A stretch of 64,000 bases of DNA, taken from positions 305,284-369,283 of the forward strand of contig JBBIRK010000001.1 of the NCBI GenBank assembly GCA_037441845.1, read 5' to 3'. The notes under the pieces were generated by a model. The model was not told the DNA's origin. It was given only the letters and a program-made list of their open reading frames with translations, and ran no database searches. The stretch comes from Candidatus Zixiibacteriota bacterium (GTDB lineage: Bacteria; Zixibacteria; MSB-5A5; UBA10806; 4484-95). Positions 61,730 through 64,000 of the stretch are shown piece by piece. Each line of letters begins with the position of its first letter. Positions within the stretch are counted from its first letter, which is position 1. The position numbers were made by a program, and so were the translations under genes.

Positions 61730-63617
61730 TCAGCGACAATTGCCGGCATGGGGCGCGGGGCCGAGTCCCTTGAAATACCTAACCATGAAAGTGACATGCG
61801 AACCTATCACCTGGCAATCTCCGTTGGCATCGCCTGCCAGCAGCGGGTCGGGAGGCGGATTGATTCCCTTTGGGTAACGCACAAGATAGGTGACATCGGA
61901 GGCCAAAAGAAACCCGTCGCCGTTGGCATCGCCAGGGATAAAATCACCCACGATCGGCGACTCGGCCACCACGATGTCGATATAATTGGAAGGCTCGTTT
62001 TCGAGAACAAGGAAACTATCGGGACGCATCGTGACCCAACTGAAATGGGACGAGTCGGTACCGCCGGTGCTGTCCTGTTCGGTGTCGTGTCGATACCAGA
62101 ATCCGCGCGCACCCTCGCCGAAATCGATCTTGCCCTCAAGGGTAACCCAGTGGCCGCCTTTAGGATTTCCAGCCGAATCCAGCCAAGTAATACCTATCTC
62201 GACATCCTGCCCCAGGTCGACCTGCCTCTCGATCCAATCCCAATCCGGACGAGTGCCTTCCCCATGGGCTGTGCCGCTCGGAGTAGTGATGTCGTTGTCG
62301 CCATAGACATCATCTTGAAAGTGCACTTCCCAGGGCAAGCCGAGCTCGTCGATAAGTTTGAGCTTGCCTTTGATCATAATCTCATCACTGGTGCCGTCGG
62401 CCGAACTGGTATTCATATGGCGGGCGTTTTTAAGGCTGTCGAGAATCTCCTCGACTGTGGCATTCCCGAGAAGCCTTCCCCGGAAGCCAACCAGGCAAAA
62501 CTGTTTGCCGCCGCCGCTGGAGCACATTCATTGGTCCCGGCCTCAACATTCGGCATTCCGGGCCTACACTCGACCCGGATCGGATAAGGTATTGTAAAAT
62601 CCAACAAGGTCATGTCGCCGATTCCACCGCTGAAAACGTATGGACCTCCGGGACGTCCCTCGGCGGAATACAATCCATCACCCACAGCGTATGTCGTCCA
62701 AGACATTGGCGAGGGCATCGCCGTCAAGGGAATATCGCTTAAGGTAGCCTCTATGTTGATCGCCGAAACGGGAATGCCTTGAACCGCTCCGATCGTTGCG
62801 AAATCGAAAATGGTCTTAAAACAGTGAGGAATAGAATCAAGATAATAAGGAATAATCGGTAGGTTTTGCGCTATCCACTTAGGTACTCCGCTTCCTGCGG
62901 AATCAGCCACGATATTTACATATTTCAGGCTTTCCGGCGGTGTCATCGTAAGCTGAACACGCCCAAGTGTGGAGTTCTGAAGAATCGGCATTCCGGCGCC
63001 CTGTAAATCCAATTGGATGATTTCTATCTCGATCGGCGGCGCCGGCGGTTGCCCCACTCTGATGAACTGGACGATTAATTCTCCTATGGGTGGATCTGTG
63101 GGATTCAACGGATCGAAAAGCGGAACCGGCTGCAACGGATTCGTTACGTAAATTGAACCATACGGCGGTATTTGGTTGATAGTGGATTCGTGATGTGTCG
63201 GGAATTTTGCCTCACCTTGAAAACCTACGGATGGCAATTCGATTCTATAAAAAATATCAAAGAAACTTTCCGCGGGATAATCGTTCCCGGATGCCTGTTG
63301 CTTTATCAGGCCTAATGATTGAGGCATGGGAATAGTACTTGCGGTCATCATCCCCATATCCGAAAATCCGGTCAGATTCATCGATACGATTTCGGTTTCG
63401 ATTTGAACCATACCGTCGCCCGGATCATAGGGCGCTCCCCTTTGTATTGAGGTCGGCCCGCTTAAAATGGCGGATGTCATGTGCGGCGGTGAATAGATGT
63501 TCAGGATCACCTCTGCGCTTCCAGCGTCAGATCATCGATCCCGGCAGGCGGGTAGGCTGATGCTGTCGCGGCGAAAACCATCACGCAGACCGCCGATAAA
63601 ATTTGGGCATGGCGCAT
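61730..63617 (-). pseudogene. Doubly frameshifted secreted protein: SFFDIF-motif domain, putative Cys/His peptidase-like domain, C-terminal dockerin (~629 aa if repaired)
   Basis: AAAGGAGG SD + MRHAQILSAVCVMVFAATASA signal peptide (63617); -1 shift near 63510-63531 into ORF 62413..63510; second -1 shift near 62456-62490 into ORF 61730..62527, which ends in two GDANGD repeats. Confidence 0.75.
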
Positions 63618-63692
63618 GCTTCCTCCTTTGGTATGGTGTATTATACTTTTGGACACAGGATCAATCTCGCATCACACGATCGGCTAACAACC

Positions 63693-63720
63693 TAATAATG
63701 AATATCATTATTAATGTCAA
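63693..63720 (-). promoter_or_regulatory. Fur-family box within a sigma70-type promoter of the dockerin gene
   Basis: Palindrome TAATAATG-N5-CATTATTA; minus strand AATAATGATATTCATTATT matches GATAATGATAATCATTATC at 16/19 and follows TTGACA (63715-63720). Confidence 0.6.
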
Positions 63721-64000
63721 ATCTTTTTTATTCGGCCCTTTTCTACGGAATCGGCCTATCCCCCTCTTCGTTAGCCCAAAGCGGCCATATAAGGAAACCA
63801 ACGGAAATTCCACTGCACGGGTTAGATAAATCGGAGGAAACCGCGGCCCCGAAAAATGCATTTTATGTATCAATTGGCCATGCAGATAATACAACGGTTG
63901 CATTCGGCCTCGTTCGAACTGATTTGAATAATGGCTTTTCGAGAGATTCAGATGGGCGATTATCCCTTGACAGAACGATGGTTTTGCCTATTTTATTATT

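Noticed and set aside
63507..63509. TGA ending the signal-peptide ORF as a third Sec codon
   Set aside because: A second TGA follows one codon later and the coding sequence continues in a different frame, so this is a frameshift.

Overview
A 64 kb chromosomal window from a diderm bacterium using genetic code 11; several housekeeping genes such as acs end on an ordinary TGA. Proteins with Por/T9SS-type C-terminal domains and a C-terminal dockerin suggest an FCB-related lineage such as candidate Zixibacteria (inference only). Content: a branched-chain-type 2-oxoacid dehydrogenase operon with lipB, MgtE, two ferritin-like proteins, CstA, an orphan gatC, acs, mreB, mlaEF, SOD, dprA-yigZ-pfkB, an MntR/TroABCD metal uptake operon interrupted by thiN, rarA, two tRNA-Lys genes, a CusCBA-like efflux system, a small surface-polysaccharide modification cluster, large secreted beta-helix and LVIVD proteins, an octaheme HAO-family cytochrome, KtrAB, and a doubly frameshifted dockerin gene. 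The main hidden signal is two exported proteins that the ORF track splits at an in-frame TGA sitting in a Cys motif and followed immediately by a GC-rich hairpin: a DUF1573-like protein (K-P-G-U-G-C-T, 13295..14101) and a beta-helix protein with a T9SS-type tail (C-P-S-U, 22356..23348). Both are candidate extracytoplasmic selenoproteins. An unannotated 29-aa K/R-rich microprotein lies next to the second. No Sec machinery, CRISPR array, rRNA or transposase is visible. Family names come from motif recognition by eye, not database searches.
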